Shown here: one piece after another, positions 36,099 through 45,162 of the stretch
Numbering within the stretch: position 1 is the first letter of the stretch
How the letters are laid out: each line of letters opens with the position of its first letter
Assembly: GCA_020073145.1 (NCBI GenBank)
Contig: JAIQFS010000012.1
Span: forward strand, 106,961-170,960
Origin: Terriglobia bacterium
Lineage (GTDB): Bacteria > Acidobacteriota > Terriglobia > Bryobacterales > Bryobacteraceae
Length of the DNA: 64,000 nt
Reading direction: 5' to 3'
Translations under genes and position numbers: made by a program
The notes under the pieces: generated by a model
What the model was told of the DNA's origin: nothing
Database searches by the model: none
Seen by the model: the letters and a program-made list of their open reading frames with translations, nothing else

Positions 36099-37133
36099 AT
36101 GCGGCGCGTGTGGGCCGGAATCCTGCTGCTGGCATGGCCGGTGGCGGCGCGAGAGAACGTCGTGGTCGACACCGATTGTGGTTTGTTCGGCGATGACGGC
36201 GCGTCCCTGGTGATGCTGCTGCGCAGTCCCGCCAAGGTGTCGGTCTCGGCCATTACGGTAGTGCCGGGCAACGTGTGGAGTCCGCAAGCCGCGGAGTACG
36301 TGTTTCATATTCTCGATTTGTTGAAGCGCCCGATGTCGGTCTACCGCGGCGCCCAAACGCCTCTGCTGCACACCGCGGCCATGGCGCGCGAGGAAAGCCG
36401 CCGCTGGGGGCCGTTAGAGTTCAGCGGCGCTTTCGCGGACGATTTCAACGCCGTGGTTCCCGCGCCCGGAGCGAAACTCGCGGGACGGGCGGCACGAGAC
36501 GGAGCGGTCGAACGCCTGGCCGCGGAGATCGACCAGCATCCCGGCCAGGTCACGGTGCTGGCGCTCGGCCCGCTCACCAACATCGCGCTGGCGCTCCGGC
36601 TGCATCCCGAGATCGAGACCCGGATCCAGCAGATCGTCATGATGGGCGGCAGCATGACGGCGCCCGGCAACGCCTCGCCGGCGGCCGAGTTCAACTTCTG
36701 GTTCGACGCCGAGGCCGCGCGCATCGTGCTGCGCTCGCGCATTCCCAAGAAAGTGCTGTTCGACCTGGACATCTGCAACCGCGCGCAGTTGCGCAAGCCG
36801 GAATACGACCAGATCGCCGCCGCCGGCACCCCCATCACCGAGCTGTTCCGCGAAGACTACGGGAACCGCTATCCGGGCTTCGTGAAGCATCCGGAAGCCG
36901 CGGTGCCGATGTGGGATGTGCTGGCCACGGCCTGGCTGCTCGACCCCGGATTCGTCACCCGCTCGGCGCCGCGCTATCTGGACGCGCAAGTGGCCTGGGG
37001 CCGTTTCTACGGCGCCACCATTCCGCTCGATCGCCGCCAGGCGCCCGAGGCCACCCCCGTGACTCTGATGCTGGATCTGGACTTCGCGCGGGTCTTCCGC
37101 CTCTACCGCGACCTGCTGACGGCGCGCGAGTAG
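36099..37133 (+). CDS. Nucleoside hydrolase (IUNH family), secreted
   Basis: Start at MRRVWAGILLLAWPVAA (signal peptide). The Asp cluster reads VVVDTDCGLFGDDGASLVML. Also present are VTVLALGPLTNIA and AEFNFWFDAEAA. The track ORF N-terminal extension overlaps the DinB gene and was rejected. Confidence 0.7.
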   Translation: MRRVWAGILLLAWPVAARENVVVDTDCGLFGDDGASLVMLLRSPAKVSVSAITVVPGNVWSPQAAEYVFHILDLLKRPMSVYRGAQTPLLHTAAMAREESRRWGPLEFSGAFADDFNAVVPAPGAKLAGRAARDGAVERLAAEIDQHPGQVTVLALGPLTNIALALRLHPEIETRIQQIVMMGGSMTAPGNASPAAEFNFWFDAEAARIVLRSRIPKKVLFDLDICNRAQLRKPEYDQIAAAGTPITELFREDYGNRYPGFVKHPEAAVPMWDVLATAWLLDPGFVTRSAPRYLDAQVAWGRFYGATIPLDRRQAPEATPVTLMLDLDFARVFRLYRDLLTARE

Positions 37134-37135
37134 AT

Positions 37136-37597
37136 ATGCGGGTACTGGCCGTCGAATCCGCCGCGCAGATCGAAGAAGTCCGCCGCCTGTTCGAGGAATA
37201 CTGGCTATCTTTCGGGTTCAGTCCCTGCTTTCAGAACTTCGATGTGGAATTGGCGGGCCTGCCCGGCGCGTACAGCCCGCCCGGCGGCCGGCTGGCGCTC
37301 GCGTGGGTGGACAATGTAGCGGCGGGCTGCGTGGCGTTGCGCCGCTTCGACGCGGAACGCTGCGAAGCCAAGCGGCTGTTCGTGCGGCCGGGTTTCCGCG
37401 GCCAGGGCGTTGGCCGCGCGCTGCTCGAGTGGTTGATCGCCGAGGCGCGGAGCGCCGGCTATCGCGAGATGGTTGGCGACACGCTCCCGGTGATGGCGAA
37501 CGCGCTCGCCATGTATGAGCGCGCCGGCTTCGAGCGCACCGGCCCGTACGCCCGCAAGTCCACGCCTGGGGCGATTTACTTACGGCTCCGGTTATGA
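37136..37597 (+). CDS. GNAT-family N-acetyltransferase
   Basis: 153 aa. The acetyl-CoA motif is LFVRPGFRGQGVGRALLEWL. It starts 3 nt after the hydrolase stop. Confidence 0.8.
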   Translation: MRVLAVESAAQIEEVRRLFEEYWLSFGFSPCFQNFDVELAGLPGAYSPPGGRLALAWVDNVAAGCVALRRFDAERCEAKRLFVRPGFRGQGVGRALLEWLIAEARSAGYREMVGDTLPVMANALAMYERAGFERTGPYARKSTPGAIYLRLRL

Positions 37598-37987
37598 CTT
37601 GAAGCGGTCGTCGATTTCGACCTGATAGCCGCTGGCCAGCCGGTTGGTCTCGTTGGCCATGCCCACCACGGCCATCAGCTCGGCCAGCATGGCGTCGGTC
37701 ATCCCGGCCTTGCGGGCCGCGGCCGTATGCGACGCGATGCAGTAGCCGCACTGGTTGGTGGCGCTCACCGCGAGGTAGAGCATCTCTTTCGTGACGGCGT
37801 CGAGCGCGCCCGGCGCCATGATCTCCTTGACGCTCTGCCAGGTGCGGCGCAGCGTCACCGGATCATGGGCCAAAGCCTTCCAGAAATTGTTGATGGAGTC
37901 GGTCTGGCGGGTGGCCTTGATGTCGTCATAAACCGCCCGCACCTCCGCGGTGGCCGCTTGGTATTCAATGAGTCCTAGAGTCGCCAT
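37592..37987 (-). CDS. Carboxymuconolactone decarboxylase/AhpD-like family protein
   Basis: Start at MATLGLIEYQ. The CxxC motif is NQCGYCIASHTAAARKAG. Confidence 0.75.
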   Translation of the reverse strand: MATLGLIEYQAATAEVRAVYDDIKATRQTDSINNFWKALAHDPVTLRRTWQSVKEIMAPGALDAVTKEMLYLAVSATNQCGYCIASHTAAARKAGMTDAMLAELMAVVGMANETNRLASGYQVEIDDRFKS

Positions 37988-37995
37988 GCGCTTGA

Positions 37996-38415
37996 TTATC
38001 GCGCGCGGCGTATTAGGGGAGGCCAGCCACCGCTGGCTTTCACGCTCTCCAGCGGCTTTCGCGAGGCGGTATGGAAGTCGTATCTCCGAATCGTAGCCGC
38101 CGTTCCCCACCGTTCGCTGCGAATGACGCAGCCTTGGATGCGAAGCTGCAAGGGACAGCTCCCATTGAGGAGGGTGGGCCAGGGAAGGAAGATTTGAATC
38201 AATCTTCCAACCGGGAGTTGAGTCCCGCAGCTGAAAAGTACTCCTCGGCTGCTGATGTTCGTCAGCACGCCTTCTCCGGCATCTCCAGACTTGAGTGAAT
38301 AGTGGAGCTTTGAGGCAAAGGGAAAGCGAAGGTGCCGGCGCCGGTCATAACTGGTGGCGGCAGCTTCAGTAGAGGGGTACCTGAGGTATTCCGCTGGAAA
38401 GGGTATCGCGGCCAT
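37996..38415 (-). CDS. PilZ-domain protein (putative c-di-GMP receptor)
   Basis: 139 aa. The RxxxR motif is RRRHLR and the N/DxSxxG motif is TNISSRG. It ends 8 nt before the AhpD-like gene. Confidence 0.7.
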   Translation of the reverse strand: MAAIPFPAEYLRYPSTEAAATSYDRRRHLRFPFASKLHYSLKSGDAGEGVLTNISSRGVLFSCGTQLPVGRLIQIFLPWPTLLNGSCPLQLRIQGCVIRSERWGTAATIRRYDFHTASRKPLESVKASGGWPPLIRRAR

Positions 38416-38586
38416 GGGGTTGAGTCTTCACGTTAACCGACTGATCGCGGAAGTGTTGATCAAAATTGCACACAACGTCTCTATCTTTGGATTTTCTACT
38501 TCCCGCCGGATCACGGCCGGCCGGAAAGGGCCAGGTGCCCCAGAGCCTTGCGGCTCTTCCCGAGTGATATTCTCAGGAGGGGGCGT

Positions 38587-39408
38587 ATGGTTCTGCGAAA
38601 GCTGCTCTGCGGCGTAGGGTGCGGCTTGGCCCTGCTCGGCGGCGTGTACGCCTTTCAACGCCCGTTTCGTGAATTCCCCGCCGTCGAGTACAACGACTTC
38701 CCTTTGCCGCAAGATTATAACGAGAAGACCGAGTGGGTCTTCGCTCGATTGATGTTTCCGGGAGGCCCGCTGGATGGCTATCGCGGCCGCTACGACGGCG
38801 ATTTCCGGGAAGGGTTGTCCCTGTGGACCCAGGACTACCCGCGCGCCGACCGGCACTTCTCGCTCGCCATGCGACGCCTCACCCGGATTCACGTCCGTTC
38901 CGCCGAACAGCCCGTTCTGCTGGAAGACGGCGACGCCTATGACTGGCCCTGGCTCTATGCCGTCCAGGCGGGTGAATGGGGCTTGACCCAGGAAGAGGGC
39001 CGGCTGCTGCGCGAATATTGCCTCCGCGGCGGCTTCTTCTTCGCCGACGATTTCCACGGCCCGGAGGAGTGGGCCGAATTCGTCAAGCGAATCAAGTTCG
39101 CTTTCCCCGACCGTCCCATCGTCGACATCGATAACGCCGACCAGATCTTCCACACGGTGTATGACATCAGCGACCGGTTTGTGATCCCTGGCGCGGAGCA
39201 TCTTCGCGAAGGCTCGAAGAACGGGGGCAAGGTGGGGCGGTGGATCGGAATTTACGATGACAAAGGCCGCGTCATGGTGGTTGCCAACTTCAATCAGGAC
39301 ACCGGCGACGCCTGGGAATGGGCCGACTCGCCGCGCTATCCTTCCAAGTTCTCCGATCTAGCCATCCGGCTGGGCGTGAACTACGTCATGTACGCGATGT
39401 CGCACTAG
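38587..39408 (+). CDS. DUF4159-domain protein
   Basis: Start at MVLRKLLCGVGCGLALLGGVYA, preceded by GGAGGGGG. WTQDYPRADRHF, YDWPWLY and GGFFFADDFHGPEEW match my memory of DUF4159. Confidence 0.65.
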   Translation: MVLRKLLCGVGCGLALLGGVYAFQRPFREFPAVEYNDFPLPQDYNEKTEWVFARLMFPGGPLDGYRGRYDGDFREGLSLWTQDYPRADRHFSLAMRRLTRIHVRSAEQPVLLEDGDAYDWPWLYAVQAGEWGLTQEEGRLLREYCLRGGFFFADDFHGPEEWAEFVKRIKFAFPDRPIVDIDNADQIFHTVYDISDRFVIPGAEHLREGSKNGGKVGRWIGIYDDKGRVMVVANFNQDTGDAWEWADSPRYPSKFSDLAIRLGVNYVMYAMSH

Positions 39409-39446
39409 GGCGCGGCCAGCCGCTCGCAGCTTCCCCGACACTCACC

Positions 39447-39489
39447 TTGACATTCTACTGGAACGCGTGTATCCTCCACCTAGAATGTC
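39447..39489 (+). promoter_or_regulatory. Putative PadR promoter/operator: TTGACA-N17-TATCCT, with inverted repeat GACATTCT/AGAATGTC
   Basis: TTGACAttctactggaacgcgtgTATCCTccacctagaATG. The arms are at 39449-39456 and 39482-39489. The second arm contains the start codon. Confidence 0.5.
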
Positions 39490-39841
39490 TACCAAAGACG
39501 AACGAGTCGAGCTGTTGCAAGGCACGCTCGACCTGCTGATTCTCCAGACTCTCCGGCGGGGTGCGGCGCACGGGCACGCAATCGTCAAAGCCATCGAACA
39601 GAACTCCGAGGACGTGCTGCTGGTGGAGCAGGGCTCGCTGTACCCGGCGCTGCACCGGCTGATCAAGCGGGGCTGGATCTCGTTTGGGGAGGGCACTTCG
39701 GAAAACAACCGCAAGGCCAAGTTTTACCGGCTGACGGCCAAAGGCCGCAAACAGCTGGAAGTGGAGACCACCAAGTGGGACAAACTGGCCGGCGCGATCG
39801 CGCGGATCCTGCGGCCGGCCACCGGGGAGAGCCGCTCATGA
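39485..39841 (+). CDS. PadR-family transcriptional regulator (Acidobacterial type)
   Basis: Start at MSTKDERVELLQGTLDLLILQTL. Also present are HGHAIVKAIE and EQGSLYPALHRLIKRGWI. An ATGA overlap joins it to the ADOP gene. Confidence 0.9.
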   Translation: MSTKDERVELLQGTLDLLILQTLRRGAAHGHAIVKAIEQNSEDVLLVEQGSLYPALHRLIKRGWISFGEGTSENNRKAKFYRLTAKGRKQLEVETTKWDKLAGAIARILRPATGESRS

Positions 39842-42447
39842 GTCATCCGCTGGACAACCTCGACGATGAAATCCGAGATCACATCGAGCGCGAGACGCGA
39901 GAGAACATGGAGCGCGGGATGACGGCCGAAGCCGCGCGCGCGGCGGTGCGGCGCAAGTTCGGCAATGTCGGCCGCGTGATGGAAGAGACGCGGGCGGTCT
40001 GGGTCTGGGCGTGGCTGGAACAATTTTTCCAGGACCTGCGCTACGGCCTCCGCGGCCTGCGCCGCAATCCCGCCTTTACCGCCGTCATCGTCCTGACGCT
40101 GGCGCTGGGAATCGGCATGAACACGGCGGTGTTCAGCCTGGTCAACGCGGTTCTGATTCGCCCCTTGCCGTACCCGGCGCCTGAACGCCTGGTGTGGCTG
40201 GCCAATTACAACCGGATGTTCAAAGCGGAACTAGTCAGCGGGCCGGACTACTCCGATTGGAAGACTCAATCCAAATCGTTCGAGTCGATGACGGCGTATG
40301 GATATGGGGACCAGACCCTCTCCACGGCGGAGGGAGCCGAGCAGCACCGCATCGCCGAGGTGACCCCCGAATTCTGGAGCCTCTCCGGCGCCCGACCGGC
40401 GCTGGGACGGCTGTTCACGTCTGCCGACCGCGGCGGCGTCGTTCTTTCCGACCGGCTGTTTGAGCGGCAGTTCCACCGCGACCCGGGCGCCGTCGGACGG
40501 ACCGTCACCCTGAACGGGCGGCCCGAGACCATCCTCGGCGTGCTTCCCAAGAACTTTCGCTTTCTGTTCCCGCAACCCGCGCGAGCCGCGGGGAATGGAT
40601 TGGACTCCGAGGGCACCGATATCGAGGCCTATATCCCCGATGCGGTGGCGTGGGAGCCTCCGATTCGCACCGGCGCGTCTTCCATCGAGATGGTGGTGGC
40701 GAAGCGGAAGCCCGATGTCCCGATCGACCGCGCCCGTACCGAACTCGAAGGGATTCAGGCGCGCATCGTCCGTGACAATCCCAACACTTTTGGTGGGGAT
40801 ACCGAACTCAAGGTCACGCCTCTTCAGGAAAAACTGGTGGGAGACGCGCGGCCGGCTCTGCTGATTTTGCTGGCCGCGGTGAGCTTTGTCTTGCTCATCG
40901 CTTGCGCCAATATCGCGAATCTCCTGCTGGCGCGCGGCGCCACCCGGCAAAAGGAGATCGCCATTCGTACCGCGATCGGAGCCGGACGCGCGCGCCTCAT
41001 CCGGCAGTTTCTCGGAGAGAGTTTCGCGCTCGCCCTGCTCGGAGGCACTGCGGGCGTGGTTCTGGCGCGCCTGGCAGTAGCGCTCATCGTGCAGTTCGCT
41101 CCCCTGGCTCTGCCGCGGCTAGAGGAAACCACCATGGATGGCCGGGTGCTTCTGTTTGCTCTGGCGGCCTCGCTCGTCACGGGGCTGATCTTCGGCGTGA
41201 GTCCGGCGATTTTCCTGCGGCGTTCCCGCGCCTATGACGTGCTCAAGCAGGGAGGCCGCACCTCCTCCGCCGCTTCCGCCGGCCTGCCTCTGCGACGGTT
41301 CCTGGTCGCGGCCGAGCTAGCCTTGGCCCTGGTCCTGCTGACCGGCGCCGGGCTCATGCTGAAAAGCTTCTGGCGCATGAACGCCCATCCCGCTGCCTTC
41401 GCTCCCGAGCGCATTGTGGCCTTGCGCATCTCGCTTTCCGGGCCGCAATATCGCGCGTTGGCCCGCCAGCAGGAATTTGCGCAGGAGGTGCTCGACCACG
41501 TGCAGCGTGCTCCTGGTGTCGAATCCGCCGGCCTGATCCTTTCGTTTGCTCGCGGCCTGGTCTCAATGCCCCATTCGGCACTCGCTCCGCGCTCGAGGGC
41601 CCCACAGGCCGACTACTATGTCATTTCGTCGGGGCTCGGCCGAACCTTGGGAATGCCTCTGGTCAGAGGACGCTGGCTCACGGACGACGAAACGGCGCCG
41701 GCCGCGATGGTCAATGAGAGCCTCGCCCGCGAGATCTTCGGGGCATCCGACCCGGTGGGCCGGCAGTTGTCGCTGCCGGGCGCCGCTCCGGGACAACACA
41801 ACACCGCCGCCACCATCGTCGGCGTGGTCGGCGATCTGAAGTATTCAAAGCTCGATGCCCCGCCCCAACCCGAGATCTATATTCCCTATCGGCAATCTCG
41901 ATTTCTGGTAGTCATGAGCGTGATGGTCCGGACTTCATCGGACGCTTCGGCAATGGCGCCCGCCATTCGGAATCTGGTCGCCAATATCGATCGCACCCAG
42001 CCCGTCTACGAAGTCCGGACGCTCGAACAGGAGCTGGCCGAATCCATCGCGCCGCGGCGTCTCAATCTCTTCCTGCTGGGAACATTCGCCGCGTCCGCGC
42101 TGGCGCTGGCGTTGATGGGGATCTACGGAGTGATCGCGTATTCTGTAACCCAGCGAACCCAGGAAATCGGCGTGCGCGCGGCGTTGGGCGCGCAGCGCGG
42201 CCAGATCGTCGGCATGGTGGTCCGCCAAGGAATGGGGACCGCTCTGTTCGGCATCGCCGTCGGCCTGGGCGCAGCCTTCGGGCTGACTCGCCTGATGGCC
42301 AGCCTGCTCTACGAGGTGACACCGTCCGACCCCGCGACGTTTGCCGCGGTGGCTTTTCTATTGACTGCCATCGCCCTGCTGGCCGCGTGGATTCCCGCGC
42401 GGAAAGCGGCACGCGTGGATCCGCTGGTCGCGTTGCGCTATGAATAA
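39838..42447 (+). CDS. ADOP-type duplicated MacB/FtsX-family permease (full length)
   Basis: 869 aa from MSHPLDNLDDEIRDHIERETRENMERGM. It has two periplasmic-domain plus FtsX modules. The C-terminus is IPARKAARVDPLVALRYE. Confidence 0.85.
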   Translation: MSHPLDNLDDEIRDHIERETRENMERGMTAEAARAAVRRKFGNVGRVMEETRAVWVWAWLEQFFQDLRYGLRGLRRNPAFTAVIVLTLALGIGMNTAVFSLVNAVLIRPLPYPAPERLVWLANYNRMFKAELVSGPDYSDWKTQSKSFESMTAYGYGDQTLSTAEGAEQHRIAEVTPEFWSLSGARPALGRLFTSADRGGVVLSDRLFERQFHRDPGAVGRTVTLNGRPETILGVLPKNFRFLFPQPARAAGNGLDSEGTDIEAYIPDAVAWEPPIRTGASSIEMVVAKRKPDVPIDRARTELEGIQARIVRDNPNTFGGDTELKVTPLQEKLVGDARPALLILLAAVSFVLLIACANIANLLLARGATRQKEIAIRTAIGAGRARLIRQFLGESFALALLGGTAGVVLARLAVALIVQFAPLALPRLEETTMDGRVLLFALAASLVTGLIFGVSPAIFLRRSRAYDVLKQGGRTSSAASAGLPLRRFLVAAELALALVLLTGAGLMLKSFWRMNAHPAAFAPERIVALRISLSGPQYRALARQQEFAQEVLDHVQRAPGVESAGLILSFARGLVSMPHSALAPRSRAPQADYYVISSGLGRTLGMPLVRGRWLTDDETAPAAMVNESLAREIFGASDPVGRQLSLPGAAPGQHNTAATIVGVVGDLKYSKLDAPPQPEIYIPYRQSRFLVVMSVMVRTSSDASAMAPAIRNLVANIDRTQPVYEVRTLEQELAESIAPRRLNLFLLGTFAASALALALMGIYGVIAYSVTQRTQEIGVRAALGAQRGQIVGMVVRQGMGTALFGIAVGLGAAFGLTRLMASLLYEVTPSDPATFAAVAFLLTAIALLAAWIPARKAARVDPLVALRYE

Positions 42448-44350
42448 TCCGTTCCGACGGCGGCACGCGCTCGCCGGCCTCGCTGACGACGTCCGCGATC
42501 ATATCGAGCGCGAGACGCGCGAAAACATCGCGCGCGGCATGACGCCCGAAGCGGCACGCGCCGCGGCACGCCGCAAATTCGGCAATGTCACGCGGGTGAT
42601 GGAAGACACCCGCGCCGTCTGGACCTGGTTGTGGATGGAGCAACTGGCTCGGGACATCCGCTACGGGCTGCGACGCCTGCGCCGCAACCCCGGCTTCGCG
42701 TTGGCGGTAATCCTCACGCTGGCTCTCGGCATCGGCATGAACACGGCCGTGTTCAGTGTGATCAACTCGGTGCTGCTGCGGCCGCTGGCTTTTCCGCACC
42801 CGGAGCGGCTGATGTGGCTCGGCACCTACGATCCCAACATTCGGCGGACCCTGGTGGGTATCTCCGAAGCCCTCGAATGGCGGAACCGGGCGCAGTCATT
42901 CCACGCCTTGGCCACCTTCACCTACCAGCCAACGACGCTCGCCACATCGCGAGAAGCGATCCGGGTTAGCGGAGTCTCCATCACCGGCGACTTCTGGGCG
43001 CTGGCGGCGGCGCGGCCCGCGCTGGGGCGTCTCTTCGGCCCCAAAGAACAGCAGGCGGTGGTGCTTTCCTGGGATCTCTTCGAACGCCAGTTCGGCGGCG
43101 ACCCCCGGGTGGTCGGCAGCTCCGTGCAAATGGACGGGGGCACAGCCACCATCACGGGCGTGCTTCCCAAGGGCTTCCGGTTCCAGTTCCCCATGTGGTG
43201 GGTGGCGGATAACCCCGGGCCGGTCGAGACTTATTTTCCCGTGGCGCCGATGAGCGGTCCGGGGAACCTGGCCGGGCAAGCGGTGGCGGAATTGAAACCG
43301 GGGATCGCGCGCGCGCAGGCCCAGGCCGAACTGCGGACTCTGCAAGAACACCTGCAGCGGGAAAGGGGCCGGACGCCGGACACCGGGACAAACTTGCGAG
43401 TCGAACCGCTTTCGGAAACACTGGTCGGCGCGGCGCGCGCGGGCTTGCTCATCCTGCTGGCGGCGAGCACGTTCGTGCTGCTGATGGCGTGTGTCAACGT
43501 CGCCAACCTGCTGCTGGCTCGGGCCGCCGCCGGCCGCCGGGAGACCGCCGTGCGCGCGGCCTTGGGCGCGGGACGCGGCCGTCTCATTCGTCTGGAGGTG
43601 GCCGAAAGCGCGGTGCTCGGGGTGGCTGGCGGCGTCATTGGTCTGCTGCTGGCGCGCGGCGCCCTCGCCACGCTGCTGCGCCTCGCGCCCTACGCGATTC
43701 CGAGGCTGGTGGAAACTACGCTCGATGGTCGCGTGCTGGCCTTCACCCTGGCGGTTTCGCTGGGATCCGTGTTTCTCTTGCGAGCCGGCGCGGCGGTCCT
43801 ACCGGGCCGGAACAACTTGCGCGACGCGCTTCAGGACGGCGGCCGGACCTCGCCCGGTCTTTCGGGACTGCGGCTGCGGCGGCTGCTGGTGACCGCGGAG
43901 CTGGCGCTGGCGATGGTCCTGCTCGCAGGCGCAGGCCTGATGGTGAAGAGCTTCTGGCGGATGAGCGCGCATCCTGCGGGGTTCGCGCCGGAACGCGTCG
44001 TGGTGCTGCGAGCCTTGCTCACCGGGCATCCCTACGATCCGCCAGCGGCCCGGGAGTCCTACTGGCGCGAGATGCTGCGGGCCGTCGAATCGCTGCCAGG
44101 AGTGGAGGCCGCGGGGACCTCGAACTGGATTCTGTTCGGAGACACCCCGGCGTTTCCCGCCGACCGTAATCCCGCCACCAGGCATGTCATCCGTTTGAAC
44201 GTGGCCTCGCCCGGCTACCTACGGGCTTTAGGGATGCGGCTGGTCGCAGCCGTGGCCTTCGTCCTGGCCGCCGTGGCGCTGTGCGCCTCGTGGATTCCGG
44301 CCGTGAAAGCGGCCCGCGTGGATCCGGTGGTGGCGCTGCGGTGCGAGTGA
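42440..44350 (+). CDS. ADOP-type permease paralog with a large in-frame internal deletion (possibly non-functional)
   Basis: 636 aa. It is collinear with the upstream paralog up to SPGYLRALGMRLV. It then jumps directly to the last TM helix, AAVAFVLAAVALCASWIPAVKAARVDPVVALRCE. About 228 aa are missing relative to 39838-42447. Confidence 0.7.
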   Translation: MNNPFRRRHALAGLADDVRDHIERETRENIARGMTPEAARAAARRKFGNVTRVMEDTRAVWTWLWMEQLARDIRYGLRRLRRNPGFALAVILTLALGIGMNTAVFSVINSVLLRPLAFPHPERLMWLGTYDPNIRRTLVGISEALEWRNRAQSFHALATFTYQPTTLATSREAIRVSGVSITGDFWALAAARPALGRLFGPKEQQAVVLSWDLFERQFGGDPRVVGSSVQMDGGTATITGVLPKGFRFQFPMWWVADNPGPVETYFPVAPMSGPGNLAGQAVAELKPGIARAQAQAELRTLQEHLQRERGRTPDTGTNLRVEPLSETLVGAARAGLLILLAASTFVLLMACVNVANLLLARAAAGRRETAVRAALGAGRGRLIRLEVAESAVLGVAGGVIGLLLARGALATLLRLAPYAIPRLVETTLDGRVLAFTLAVSLGSVFLLRAGAAVLPGRNNLRDALQDGGRTSPGLSGLRLRRLLVTAELALAMVLLAGAGLMVKSFWRMSAHPAGFAPERVVVLRALLTGHPYDPPAARESYWREMLRAVESLPGVEAAGTSNWILFGDTPAFPADRNPATRHVIRLNVASPGYLRALGMRLVAAVAFVLAAVALCASWIPAVKAARVDPVVALRCE

Positions 44351-44353
44351 ACC

Positions 44354-44800
44354 TTAGGCGCGCGGGCGCCCTGACAGCGGATTGAACCAGCGGAGGCCGG
44401 GGAAGCGGGCGAAATCGGCATCGGTACTGGCGATCTGCGCGCGATACTCGAGAGCCAGGGCGGCCAGGTGCGCGTCGGCGGTGAGGTTGGCGGCTGTGCC
44501 CAATTCGGTGAGCAGCCGGAACAGGATCTCGCTGTGCTGTTCTCCAGGGGTGACGACGCGGACAGAGTCCTGCTGCAGCCAGGTGCGGGCAATCGCCACC
44601 GCATCTTCGACACGCAGAGGCCGTTCGAGCACGGTGCGGCTGGTGACGATGCGGAGGAAGCCGAGGATGGTCACCCAAGCCAGGCCGATCGGACCGACAT
44701 CCCCCTGAAGCGCCTGCTCCCACCATTTTTCCGCGGCCGGATGCTGCGCGGAGTCGCGATTGTAGGCGTAGATCAGTATGTTCACGTCGGGGAGAATCAC
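44354..44800 (-). CDS. vapC: PIN-domain toxin, VapC family
   Basis: 148 aa. Motifs are MILPDVNILIYAY (the first acidic residue) and LTADAHLAALALEYRAQIASTDADFARF. Confidence 0.8.
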   Translation of the reverse strand: MILPDVNILIYAYNRDSAQHPAAEKWWEQALQGDVGPIGLAWVTILGFLRIVTSRTVLERPLRVEDAVAIARTWLQQDSVRVVTPGEQHSEILFRLLTELGTAANLTADAHLAALALEYRAQIASTDADFARFPGLRWFNPLSGRPRA

Positions 44801-45069
44801 CGGCGCTTATGACTCCGAGCTGCCTTGGTCGCGAAAGCCTGCGTTTCGAGTTCGTCCGCGAGTTGCCCCAGCTTATCGGTATCAATTCCGGGACGGAACC
44901 CCAGGGAATACGAGGTTACTCGAAACGGTTTCTTTGGGGTTTGCGGCTCGACACTCAGCCCCTTCCGCAACGCCTCATTGATCACCTCTTTGAGAGTCGC
45001 GTTACGGCCGGCCATGCGCGCCTTGAGGGTTTGAGCCACGTCGGGGTCGAGGGTGAGGGTGGTGCGCAT
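44797..45069 (-). CDS. vapB: VapB-type antitoxin
   Basis: 90 aa. The N-terminus MRTTLTLDPDVAQTLKARM is typical of this family. It overlaps vapC by 4 nt. Confidence 0.7.
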   Translation of the reverse strand: MRTTLTLDPDVAQTLKARMAGRNATLKEVINEALRKGLSVEPQTPKKPFRVTSYSLGFRPGIDTDKLGQLADELETQAFATKAARSHKRR

Positions 45070-45124
45070 AGAAACATCATATCATGGCGAATATTTGATG
45101 CCTAGCCATCGAATTACGGCTGAT

Positions 45125-45154
45125 TTGACAGGTAAGTCAGCACTTACTTATAAT
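45125..45154 (+). promoter_or_regulatory. Near-consensus promoter with embedded operator for the TetR-efflux operon
   Basis: TTGACA (45125-45130), an 18-nt spacer, then TATAAT (45149-45154). The spacer contains the inverted repeat GTAAGT-cagc-ACTTAC (45132-45147). The ATG at 45163 lies only 8 nt after the -10 box. Confidence 0.55.
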
Positions 45155-45162
45155 AGATCCAC

